From sequence record LR535912.1: 33,000 nucleotides of DNA; one strand, 5' to 3'. This document shows positions 22,389 through 32,708 of this stretch, piece by piece. Under the pieces are notes generated by a model. It ran no database searches. It was not told the DNA's origin and worked only from the letters and a program-made list of their open reading frames with translations. Numbering within the stretch: the stretch's first letter is position 1; each line of letters begins with the position of its first letter. A program made the position numbers and the translations under genes.

Positions 22389-22988
22389 TACAGACGGTGG
22401 TGATAAGTTTCCACTGATGCGAATTACAGCAGACGACGATATGGCGTTGCGCTCACAGACCGATTGGGACGCCTTACGCGACCATTACCGTTTTGCGTTC
22501 CACATCACGAAGCGCGTAGAAGCACAAGGTAAGCACTGGGATGATGAGGTACTGACAGCGAAGTATCTCGCACCAAAGCTTTACGTGGCAACCGATGTAT
22601 CTTACGAAACCGCCACAGAACGCTTTAACTACCAGGGCGTAGATGGTAAAGGGGAAGTTTTCCGTTCGCGGGTATTAGACCACATTAATTTCGTTGTACC
22701 AGAGCACGATGTCGTTATTTTTGACCGTTTTTGTCAATCGACTATTGTGCACGCCTCTAATGAACGTATTGCTAAAGCGATGTGTCTGGATTTCCAATAC
22801 ACGATGGACGTCAATCACCCGACGAATACCACTGAAGCCGGTATTAGTGCACGCTCTCTGGTTATCCAATCAACACTCGCTAAAACGATTCAAGCGATGT
22901 TGCGCTCCGCTGGCGTTAATGCCATCATTTTGGGGAAGAATAAAATGTTAAACTCAGTGGCGCTGGATGGTCCAGATTTTTCTGGCAA
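22329..22988 (+). CDS. tmk: Thymidylate kinase (~207 aa)
   Basis: ATG 22945; P-loop VALDGPDFSGKSTLAK and VVIFDRFCQSTIVYQG, both assembled only after reordering. Confidence 0.93.
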
Positions 22989-23048
22989 ATTCTTTTTTTT
23001 CTTTACGTCTGGTCGCTATATTGTGACACCACTACAATTAATTAAACT

Positions 23049-23708
23049 CTGAACCGAAAGTTGATCATCAGTGAGTTATACCCACTCCTTCGGGAGTGGG
23101 TCGACTCTCACTTGCAGTACCTTCAGAATACGCAGCTGATATTAAACTTCCGACAGTTCCCGAGTGGTCTGACACACCAAACCAGGCAGCACGAATGCAG
23201 CACTATTTAGCATGTCGTGGATTTACCACTACACCGCAAGAAGGACAGGCGGTACTCGCACTTATGCGTAAGACCCATTTGGTGATTAATGTAGGTGGTA
23301 TTGCACGTGACTGGTTAATGAGCATTATCAGTAAGCATCCACGTACGCCCACCAAACAGGTGGTCGGTGAGGGGGAAGGTGTGGTTGATTTGCGCGAGGC
23401 CAGTTGCAGTGCTATTTCAGAAGTACGTCGTAAGCGTCGTCGTGCACCATATCGCTTTTATCCTAACTCGAACATGCGTAGACCGGTGGAAGGCTGTAGC
23501 GTTAAACATGCACAGATGATACTCGGGCGTCATGGCTTTAAGCGTCGTTATCAAATCGGTAAGGTACTAGAGATTGCCTGTTTAGTAATGATTACGGTTG
23601 CAAACATCAATAAAAACGGCAATCTTCCAGAATACGTAGACATAAGTCTCGTTGCGGGGTTTTAAGGGGAGACTGTGATGTCTGAGATGATTCTCGATTC
23701 ACTGTTTT
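23049..23708 (+). CDS. Hypothetical basic protein (~199 aa)
   Basis: GTG 23675/ATG 23678. MSEMILDSLFLITVANINKNGNLPEYVDISRHGFKRRYQ... Confidence 0.65.
23081..23100 (+). terminator. Rho-independent terminator
   Basis: CCCACTCC-TTCG-GGAGTGGG; U-tract in block 22989. Confidence 0.8.
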
Positions 23709-24068
23709 CTAAATTTGGCTACCCGCTTGCAGAACAACGTAAAGTCGTGCATGACTTTATGGCTGCAGTGCGCTCCACATTCAGTCACGATGGTCGGACT
23801 CACCGGGTTCGGTGGATGCACGACATTAGAGCCAAACATGGCAGCTGCTCGTTACATTTTCGAGTCAGTGCGGATTATTTCCTGGTACAGGTCGACATCG
23901 ACGCTAAGTATTTAGGCGGCGGTGTAAAGCGTATTCAGTTGACCGTGCGCAAGAACGGGGACCTGGAAGACGTCGCGCAAGCCTTACGGGCTGTGTCGGA
24001 GGTTGACCGAAGGATGTTCTATCGAGAGCTTCAACTCTGTACCGCAGCGCTCCATGGCGCTAATGTGA
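23649..24068 (+). CDS. Hypothetical protein (~123 aa)
   Basis: Probable ATG 24014, stop TAA 23663-23665. Confidence 0.55.
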
Positions 24069-24668
24069 CCTGTGCATGAAGATTGGTATTATAAAAATCC
24101 CTTGAACTATGGGAGGGACAGGAGACTAGTCAGTATTGATACCTTCTACAAATACTTGTTGTTTTACAGCCGGTATATCCGCGTGACTATCTTTGTGTCG
24201 TTCCCAGACGACCCGTCTTTAAACTACTTTCTATCGGTAGACAAAGACTGCCTGAAGTGTGAAGTGACGCCGTTTAATGGCCCCTATGCCGATGCGTACT
24301 TCACCGGTGATGCAACCACACGTGGAATTTACTGGACAGGACAGAACGCGTTTCAGGTTGGCTTACCTCCAAGTCAACGGTCCAGTTTTATAGCAGGGGT
24401 TGTTTGTCGTCCCGATGGGAAAACACGCCCCGGCACGTTAAAATATTTTTCAGTAGACAGAATAGCCCAGTTCTTAAATGCGGCTGACGCAAGAAATCGC
24501 CCTGGTTGGAAGGTGGTACGTGCGATGGGACAGTTCTGGCAATTACCGGTCCGCAGCGTGCCACATCAGACTGGCTCGCGATATACTTTTTGTGTAAAGC
24601 GTTTTGGGAACGTTTCGGATTCCGAACTGAATACCAGGATATGGTAAAGGAGCTTTAACATGGTAGCT
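24009..24668 (+). CDS. Hypothetical protein (~202 aa)
   Basis: ATG 24660. MVAVRSVPHQTGSRYTFCVKRFGARNRPGWKVVR... Confidence 0.65.
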
Positions 24669-25088
24669 GTTGCGCGTGGATGCAGCTTAACGTGCTCGGT
24701 AATAACGACCGTGCTATTGCGTTTTATGGTTCACAAGGCGTTGGTCATGAACTGATCGAAGCCGTAGAGAACTATGGCAAATCAAAAGACACCAAAAAGG
24801 GACAACGTTTCCTCTGGGTATATAACTTTTTTGTAGATGAATCGGTTCCGCTGTGCGCTTGCGCCGTTGATGACCGTGGTGTGGCTGTTGGCTTCATCAC
24901 CTTTGGCTTAAACGGTCGTGAAGGGTTTAATCAAATCTCAAAACTGGAGGAGGTTTGGGGTGAAGGTACGGACTTGTTAGGACTACACAACAAGTTATAC
25001 GACGATCAGAAAATAAAACTTGCCGACTAAATGATGAAAATTGTTTTTGTCACCAAGCCCAACTCTCCGTATGGAAAGAAATACTACG
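24609..25088 (+). CDS. GNAT (RimI-like) acetyltransferase (~155 aa)
   Basis: ATG 25031. WVYNFFVDESVRSQGVGHELIEAVENYGKSKGCAWMQLNVLGNNDRAIAFYERFGF. Confidence 0.93.
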
Positions 25089-26228
25089 GCGTTGGTACGT
25101 GTGGCGGAGGGTCTAATGGAGTGGACGAAGCAATCGTTGGCTGAGGTGCTGAAGGAGGCCACGTTACGTTACCGTAATGCAATGGCGATGGAAGACGCTT
25201 TCACCACGGGCATTTACGAAGAAGTGGAAGCGATGAAGTCCGAGCTTAAGAACCTAGAAGGGGATGAGGAAGCACTTATCAAATCTATTGCTGCACGTGG
25301 AACAAAGAACCGTGTTGTGGGCTACACCTATGGTGAAACCATTAAATCGCTGGATATGCATCAGTGTGGGAAAGCAATAGAGGCTGTGATCGTTGTGGTT
25401 GAGCACTATAGTGGTAAGGTCAGTTGGGCAATTGCGCGTGACGGTGAGGGGTTGCTTGGCATCATCGATCCCTTTAAAAAGGTGGAAGCTTTTCCTGTCC
25501 CTGGAAATGAAGGGCCGGGCTTAAAACAAATCAGCAAGTCCACGAACTGGGCAGTTAAGCGTGCTGCTGGCGTCGTGCAAAAGTACACGGTTTACACACG
25601 CACCGCTCTGAAGAAAAGCAAAGCATTCGAAGATCGACCCGATTTTGAAGCGTGTGTTAAGTTTTCTAAACAAACAAATGCGTACGAACACAAAACACTC
25701 GCTGCGGTCGACGTTCACACGAGTAGCTGGACGTCTAAAATTTGCTTTGCTGCTTTCATGGAACGTAAGCTCAATAAGCTTAAAACGCGAATGTCGCTGC
25801 TAGATAACGATTTCGCGGAAGCGCTAGCGAAAGAACAAGCCGACCGTTTGAAAGAAATAACTTCGAAACTAGGTGCAACCGCAAAGGGCGCGGGTAAACT
25901 TTCGAAAAAGCTCGCATTACGCTTTTACGCAGCAGGGCGCATTACTGCGAAAGCTGTTAAAGGTACTGGAAAGTTAGTGGGTGCTGGAGAAGCGATGGAG
26001 CGTGCTCAGTTTATGACTGATACTGACCCGCGGGCTGGCATCCATCGCCGTCAGCGTTGGTGCTTAACCGACGACGGTGAAGATATGTTGGTTGCTCGTG
26101 AATCGCGCCGCCTGGTCGCACTCGAAGGTCTGGGAGTTAAGCCCGACTTCCCTGCGGTTTGCGCGATCAAGGAGCAGGGGATGTCGACGCTCGATTTAGA
26201 TTTAGAAGTCCTGACTGACGACCACGAT
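25029..26228 (+). CDS. Putative virion (head) protein (~377 aa)
   Basis: AAGGAG RBS, ATG 26181; acidic N-terminus with VALE and REAME segments resembling the AxE sites of phiKZ-like head propeptides (inference). Confidence 0.5.
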
Positions 26229-26528
26229 TATTTGCCTTGTGTGTTCGATGGCCACATCGCAACTACTACTATACTTTGACGCAGATGTTCGCACCACAAG
26301 AAAATGACCCAATTCAGACAGTTTACACCACGCCGGATACGGGAGAGATCCCAGGCTCCGAGGATGAGTTCTTCGATTACCTGGAACGCCACGGTTTTGA
26401 TTCGAAAGGGGAAGCATTCTTCCCTACGCCGTCAAAACCGATTAAGAAGGTGACTAGCCTTCGCTTGTCACGTTGCCTTTAATCAGAGGTCGCTATTATG
26501 CAAACTACCAGTTTAGCTCGTCGTTTGT
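26169..26528 (+). CDS. Hypothetical protein (~90 aa)
   Basis: GAGG RBS, ATG 26498. MQTTSLARRLWEAFFPTPSKPIKK... Confidence 0.65.
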
Positions 26529-27188
26529 CTTGTTACCACCATGCGCTTGAAGGACATCTGTGGCTTGAGAGCTTGTGCTTATTATGACAAGGTAATCCGA
26601 CCGGCGGTACTGCCATGGGCGTGAAATACGCTAAGCAGTGTGGTATTCTGGGCGATGATTTAGCAACGCCTGTAGACGCAGTTTATTACTCTGCGCCTTT
26701 AGATAAACCGCCAGAAAAGCTCCAGGAGTTCGCCTGGGCGCTTCATGGCCGTAATCTGAATATAATTAAGTTCCGTGTAATCCCTCAGGATGACCGCTAT
26801 CGTGAGATAGTAGGTAAGCTTCATCCCGTCATTTGTTACCTACCCGATGAGAAAAAGCTCTGGCTCAAGAAACAGAATCCCAACGTAGGACAGTGGGCGA
26901 ATACAATCGACCAGAACACTGGCAAGAAAGTGGTGTGGGATGATGAGTTTCATTTTTCTTCTGGCGGCTGCTGGTGTGGTCCAGACCAATTGCAATTCCG
27001 ATTTGCCCCTGAAATGTACATGCGATTGTTACGTGGGTTTAATGCGCTGCACGCCAAAGATTACACGATGAAAAAGATTTATAAAATTGCGGTAATCGGT
27101 TCTCGGAAGACTGATGAAGATACCATGTCGAGGGTAGGTATTTATTTTTTTCTTACGAATCGTCCACTCCGTATAGGAGGTAAGTCCA
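26529..27188 (+). CDS. DprA/Smf-like SLOG-superfamily protein (~199 aa)
   Basis: AGGAGG RBS, ATG split across 27188|27069. KIAVIGSRK...FSSGGCWCGPDQ...LHP...ALHGRNLNIIMGDDLATPVD...TGGTAMGVKYAKQCGIP. Confidence 0.8.
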
Positions 27189-27248
27189 CGAAGCTTAACG
27201 GTTTTCGTTATCGTGTGTTTGTTTAAGACACTACCCTCGCCCGTTTAG
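27129..27248 (+). terminator. Rho-independent terminator (split)
   Basis: CTACCCTCGC-CCGTTTA-G|CGAGGGTAG-GTATTTATTTTTTT. Confidence 0.9.
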
Positions 27249-27848
27249 GTCTGGAATACGACTTGGCTGGTTTCTGGGGGCGTAAGCTGTTAGAAGAAGT
27301 GACTATCAGCACACGTATTACGCTACCGTACCATATCGGCCAAGACTTAACCAAGACAACGCTGCCTGACATCCTGACCGATCGATACATCCTCGTCTAT
27401 GAATGTGAATCGTTTGTTTACGAATCACAACGCGGCATCGTTGTAAGTAAGGCGTGGGAAAACCCCGCGCAATGCCACGTAGAGTACGCGGCCGATTTGC
27501 GCGTATGGTCTGAACCTGCAATGGCCAGTTTTGAATCGGCGTGTGCAGATGATATAATCACATTGGGACCTGAACATCTCACGTGGTTTGATTTGTCGAA
27601 AGGTAAACTGACTAATAAGAGTAAGCCAGATGACTATGTGGTTGTGCGTTACCGCAAATTGAGCTTAAAACGTATCCGTGTGGAGAGTTATGGTCCACCG
27701 GAACCGGACGGTCGTGTAAGTGCTTTGCCCTTGCTCGATTTAGTCAATGCTTTTAATGCTGAAACCGTTTATACGCCCCTGACCACAGTCAAATACCAGG
27801 AGCGAGGCATGTCTTTTGTTATTGACTTTAACCACCATCATAGTCAAA
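27189..27848 (+). CDS. Virion structural protein, same repeat family (~205 aa)
   Basis: ATG 27809. HSQTLLDLVNAFN...VVVRYRKLSLNDII...TKLNGFRY. Confidence 0.65.
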
Positions 27849-27880
27849 TAGGGGCTTCGGCCCCTATACTGTTTATTATT
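27849..27880 (+). terminator. Rho-independent terminator
   Basis: GTA|TAGGGGC-TTCG-GCCCCTATAC, then a U-rich tract; the stem is extended by block 27909-27968. Confidence 0.8.
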
Positions 27881-27908
27881 TTCCTGTGAAGTATTATGAC
27901 CCCCTTAA

Positions 27909-28328
27909 TTTGGGTAGGTAAAGAAATTTCCGCACGGTATCCTTTGTACGATTATTAAACACAGCGTAAAGCGACAATTGCCCCGTCAGTACGAACACAC
28001 TGCAGAGTTAATAACCTACGGTTAACTTTTAACACAAAGCGCAAGACGTACCAGCCAATAGATGCGGGTACGTGTTCGTCGAAAGTTAAGTTTGCCGTGG
28101 TTAACTACGGACGTTCTGAACTGTGTCCAGGCGGTGGCTTTTATCTCGCCGACGCACCTGTAAAATTTAGCGACAAAGATGAACCAGTCGTGACGGTGGA
28201 AAATGGTGCTGCGCCAGTAAACGCCTTTACCATTCAGGACTTCCCGCAGTATAAACCGATGTGGGAAATATCTGGAAGAGGACTAGATATGATGCGTGCT
28301 GTATTAGCTGTGTTTATAGTCTGCGTTA
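27909..28328 (+). CDS. Putative exported protein (~129 aa)
   Basis: ATG 28289; signal-like MMRAVLAVFIVCVTAPVNA-FTIQDF; paired Cys in the mature part. Confidence 0.7.
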
Positions 28329-28808
28329 GTATCGCCAAACACTCGCAACATGATTCACCGTTTGGAGAAAATGGACTGGCTTCTACCCACAAAACCTTTC
28401 TCTTATCACTGGCATCACTTCAAAAAACAGTTCCATGATGCCTTACAGGACGAGCACCTTATCCAGAGGTTGGAGTGGGAAGAAGTTCTCAAGGAAGCGG
28501 GCTATCCACGTCGGTTGTCCCGGCATTTTCGTCGGAGTGCCTGGAAGGCTTTAGTTGAGGTTTTGGTCCACAGTAAGACATCACCAGCAATACGGTCCAG
28601 TAAAAGAAAAAGTTATGCCGATTTAAAAGACAGTTCGCTTAGGGGCACTCCTGTTAAGATTCTGAATCTTACGAGATGTTCTTTTCATACCCGTATAAAC
28701 GTCATCCGCCGTGTGGAGCTTGTTCCTCAGCATGAACTGAATATTGCACTAAACGAGCGAGAGTGTATAATGATACGTGTTGCTTACGAAACACGAGATA
28801 CGGATGGA
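28269..28808 (+). CDS. Hypothetical protein (~158 aa)
   Basis: ATG 28770. MIRVAYETRDTDGTRINVIRRVELVPQHELNIA... Confidence 0.65.
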
Positions 28809-29288
28809 TTTAACTCATTACGCTGAAAGCGTTCCCATTTTTCTTTCGATGGCAGAAGGTCATTTCGTGTATTTTCGTATGACGAACTACAATGTTATTT
28901 CGTCACACACGCCGCCGGAGGAAAAGCTATTCTTTCACCAACAAGGCTTCCAGATTGACCGATGGTATATTGCTGCTGACGGCCAACGGAACTCCGATCG
29001 TAAACACATCAGCTGTCGTGTTCACCCGACCAACATTCCCGCGCTAGGTGTGCCCGAAGAATCGCGGCGGGGCGGTGTCGGCAGATTTATGCTTAAGTAT
29101 CTTCAGCATGAGGATGATATCGTGCGGGGAATCATGGCATGGGAACCTGGCCATTTGGTCTATATGGTTGAATGGGTACGCGACTTAAACAGTATCCGCG
29201 AGGAGCCTATTAAACTCACGATGTTTGTGATGCTTGTTATTAATGTGGTCGAGGATAAGATTCCCGCGAATGTTTATCCTGAACTGGT
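28749..29288 (+). CDS. GNAT acetyltransferase (~160 aa)
   Basis: TGATG-coupled ATG 29230. LVYMVVPEESRRGGVGRFMLKYLQ...CRVHPTNIPALGFFHQQGF. Confidence 0.9.
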
Positions 29289-29948
29289 TGCTGTTAAAAC
29301 CGTCCCTGTCATTGGCAGAAGCCAGATACCTGCTTAGTGGAGAGAAGTTGGAACACCTGGCAAAAACACCGGCACAGTTTCACCGTTCAACAATCCTGCC
29401 GCTACACATACAGATAAGTTGGGTTCGTCCTACTATCGATTGGCAAGAAATGTCGGTCAATCGCTATCGGTACAAGTTAAGTATAATTATGCCACGCGGT
29501 AAGCGTGACGTCTCATTGGGGAAATGGTATGCGTTAGGTCCCGAAGTTCCTTGGGAACCGGGTCATCCGCCGCGTCAGTTTGACCACGAACGAGGACGGA
29601 TATTCGCTACCGTCAGAAATGTGTTAATTAAAGAAGGGTTTCTTGCAGCCGCTGCAATTACCAAACGTAAACTAAATGCCATGGCACACGTCAAAGAGAT
29701 CACCGCGCTGCCGTTTCGTAGCTGCTTAAACGCCCCGTATGTTGAAGGGCAGTTTGTCAGCGCGCTTTAGAAAGAAGCGCTGTTATTGGCGGCAGTCGAA
29801 GAAGTATTGTGGGAGGCGTTTTACGTAGCGTTTAGCGCTATATTAGGTTCGTTTACCAAAATGCTGTCTGTGGATTTTATTGCAGCTGACGGCCCAAAAA
29901 GGAATATAAAAATGCAATTACAATTTCGTCAACGGTCTGTACTACTAC
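29229..29948 (+). CDS. Hypothetical protein (~212 aa)
   Basis: AAGGA RBS, ATG 29912. MQLQFRQRSVLLPFSAILGSFTKMLSVDF... Confidence 0.65.
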
Positions 29949-30068
29949 CTCCTGGAGAAGAGGCTTCTTATTTTTTTTTATTACGTCTACGTAAATTACT
30001 GTGTAAGCAATAAGAGCAACGCGAAGCAACAGACTACCGCACCTAAAGAGTAATTAAGCCCTCTTCTC
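29949..30068 (+). terminator. Rho-independent terminator (split)
   Basis: CCTCTTCTC|C-TCCT-GGAGAAGAGG-CTTCTTATTTTTTTTT. Confidence 0.85.
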
Positions 30069-30608
30069 ATTAAGACGCTTGCTTACAATTCGATGGCCAT
30101 TGGTGCCAAGGTTGTTGAATACAAGCTGGATGTGCTGATTGTGGCGCTCTTACCTTTGTTTGCTCAGGCCGTGTTCTTTACATGGCCGGTGGTGATTACT
30201 GGCGCGATGGCCTGGGACACGCACCTGCATTATCCACAGGAGTTAACGCTGTGGCCAAATTTGAAAGGTCCGCAGAAAGTCCTTATCGTTTTGTTGGTGC
30301 TGACCACTCAAGCAAAAGCCGCCGTAGAAAGCATGGATGAAAAGCTCGCCAAAGAAACGTTATTGACCACTTCTTTACGCCCCCTCATCCTTGAGCAGGT
30401 GGGGAACATGGCGAAAACGTTTGAATCGCAGACCGCTTTGGGAAGTGATGTTGAAATTGATGTCACTAAACCTGCTAACGTGATTCTTATCCAGGCGGGC
30501 ACCAATAAATTAAGCCTGGAAGAGAGTAACCGACTAAAAACAGCCGCCGAGGAAATAGCGATGTCGCAGTCTTTGCAAGAAGCCTCGACGGATGTGTTGG
30601 ATGTTCTT
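30009..30608 (+). CDS. Membrane protein with two predicted TM segments (~190 aa)
   Basis: ATG 30561; hydrophobic VLIVLLVLTTVVITGAMAW and VLIVALLPLFAQAVFFTWP. Confidence 0.75.
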
Positions 30609-31268
30609 TCTTCCGCCCAAGGTTAAAGTTCCTAAAGCTAAGGCCGGTAAGCAGAAAGGAAGACGCCGCGATGCCGTGGCGGTGGGTAATATCTTCGTCA
30701 GGGTCAACTTATTAAACCTAAATAGTCTGACCAAACTCTACGCGAACCATACCCGGTGCGACTTATCGGTATTGGATGAACACAGTATGAAGTCGTACGT
30801 TGGTGTGGAAGCAAAGGGTACAGATAAATCGCATATGCAACAAGCGGTGCGAACGCTTTGGGACGTGTTTCCCGAAAAATATCTCCATGGGTTTAATCCT
30901 ATTATTGTCATGCGAAGAGCTAAGCTCTCAGCGTACGAATCTGGGGTGGAATTGCAACTGATGTTGCGACGCTTTCGTGAGTTTTTAAAACTGGCAAGGC
31001 CGACTTTTGTCGCTACCGAAACTCCGTTCAATGGCTCTTTTGGTGAGTGCGTAGGGAAACGCGATGCGCGTTTGGTAGAATTAGAAGATGGCCAACCTCA
31101 AGGTGAAGTTGTCTGGGCGGGCACGGCTCATGTTGCGGACCCTACGCAGATTGCGGCTGTTGACCCCGGTACTGCCCATCTTGGGATGGCGGTTATCGAC
31201 TGGGAATTTCTTAGGGACAGCTAACTGATGCTGATTCCTGAGCCGAGGTTACCCGACAGTATGGTGAG
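30549..31268 (+). CDS. ruvC: RuvC-like Holliday junction resolvase (~216 aa)
   Basis: ATG 31228. IAAVDPGTAHLG...FVATETPF...NPIIVKSYVG...DKSHMQQAV...LDEHSIDAVAVG gives the catalytic D, E and D/D residues in canonical order; basic tail KQKGRRRRK. Confidence 0.92.
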
Positions 31269-32168
31269 TGGCACAGACCAACGATCGTCTGTCACTGACC
31301 ATCCGTATCGGCCAGCCGGCACCGTGGTTCAGCTACGACGAAGCTATCGGTGTGCAGGCGTTGTACTACATCTCCCTGTTCACTAACCTTGCGCTGTGCT
31401 CTGGCGTTGATACCCCTGAAACGGGTGAGTCGGCCACCGGTTCACAGTAATACATGAACGTGACGGCGATTCTACGTGGTACGCCACGCAGTTCGATTAT
31501 CTCTGAAAGTCGTTATGTTGAATCGGGCGCAGACCTGGTGATTCCATGGACTGAGTTTGATGTTCAGGTACCGAAAGAACTCCCAGACTACGATTACGAC
31601 GATGACGGCACTGTAGAGATCCCCGACGGCGAAAACGGTGTTGAAACCGTCAAAGATTTCGTCTATACCGATGCGGAACTGAACCCGGCGTATTATCTGA
31701 AACGTATCGACATGCGCGCAGTGAAGACCACTGACCTGGATATCACTCAGCAACGTAAACAGTACGCTTTCCGTACTCGTGAAACTATCGGCGCGCGGGA
31801 TTACTGGGCAGGGATGTTCTCGCGCGTTCCATTGGTACTGCGTACGTTGGATAATGACTTGTCTGATGTCGTTGATCAGTCTGATGTTGTGGCAGACGTT
31901 GTTCCCGTCGCGAAATCCCCGATTGCGTTTCCCGATGGCGCTACACGTCCGCATTTAGGATACATGTGCGTGGGTAACCGTGGTCACAACGTGCAGTACC
32001 CACAGAAATCCACGATGAACGAGTTTTATAAACTCATGACCTCGAAAGAACTGTCAACAGTGACTCTTAACGCGATGCGACTTACGACCGCGTTATTGAC
32101 AGGTGCTGACTCGACGGGTTTCGCCCAGGAGAATTTTTAAATGGCTAACACCAAAGTTTACGATGGTA
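31209..32168 (+). CDS. phiKZ-like virion structural protein (~295 aa)
   Basis: CAGGAG RBS, ATG 32141. PHLGYMCVGNRGH and PLVLRTLDNDLSDEQRKQYAFRTRETIGARDYWAYYLKRID are motifs I recognise from conserved jumbo-phage virion proteins; TGATG-coupled to ruvC. Confidence 0.75.
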
Positions 32169-32708
32169 TGCGATTACTTTTGTTGACCCAACTCCCCGTA
32201 AGCTGGCGCAGCTGGTAACTAAACGGGCAGAAATGGAATCGTATGAGGCGCGTTTAATCCCGCACCATCTATCTTTCAAAGGCACGATTGTCGATGAGCT
32301 GGGTCTCCAGCTTGACACCTACGATATCATGGTTGAACCGATTACCCCCGTAACGGTTGAAGTCCCGAAGGGTGCGGCAGAATGGAGCCATGAATTAGTT
32401 CCGTATATGGTACACGGCACTCAAGAGTTTTACCTGACTCGCGCGGACTTAAACAAGTTACTTAAAGACCAAGCAGAGCGACGCGCTAAAGGTGTGGAGT
32501 CTAAAGTTGCGGCGCGCTTTGTAAATGGTAAGTTATCGTATAGTGAAAATAACTACGAGTTTAACCCACGTGGGGTGTGGCCGCTAACCCGTATAGATTT
32601 ATCAAAAACCCCGAAACAGATTCTGGTTGAGAGAATCAATTACGTTTTGACCGTGACATGGATGGCTTCCGGCTAGACCAATTACCAAAGTGAGAGACTT
32701 ATGGGATA
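32109..32708 (+). CDS. Virion structural protein, same repeat family (~175 aa)
   Basis: ATG 32701. DLSKTPKQILVERINYVFKL...EFYLTRADLNKLL...ARLIPHHLSFKGTIAITF...RALDGF. Confidence 0.7.

Noticed and set aside
22369-23052. Kinase with a C-terminal truncated P-loop (DGPDFSGKFFFF)
   Set aside because: The P-loop continues as KSTL in the next lower block; the FFFF comes from a terminator U-tract.
30592-31224. Circularly permuted RuvC with the DPG motif at the C-terminus
   Set aside because: Block reversal; the reordered protein has the canonical motif order.
410-31954. All minus-strand ORFs in the track
   Set aside because: They are shadows of + strand genes, with no RBS or motifs; RBSs, terminators and promoters all point in the + direction.
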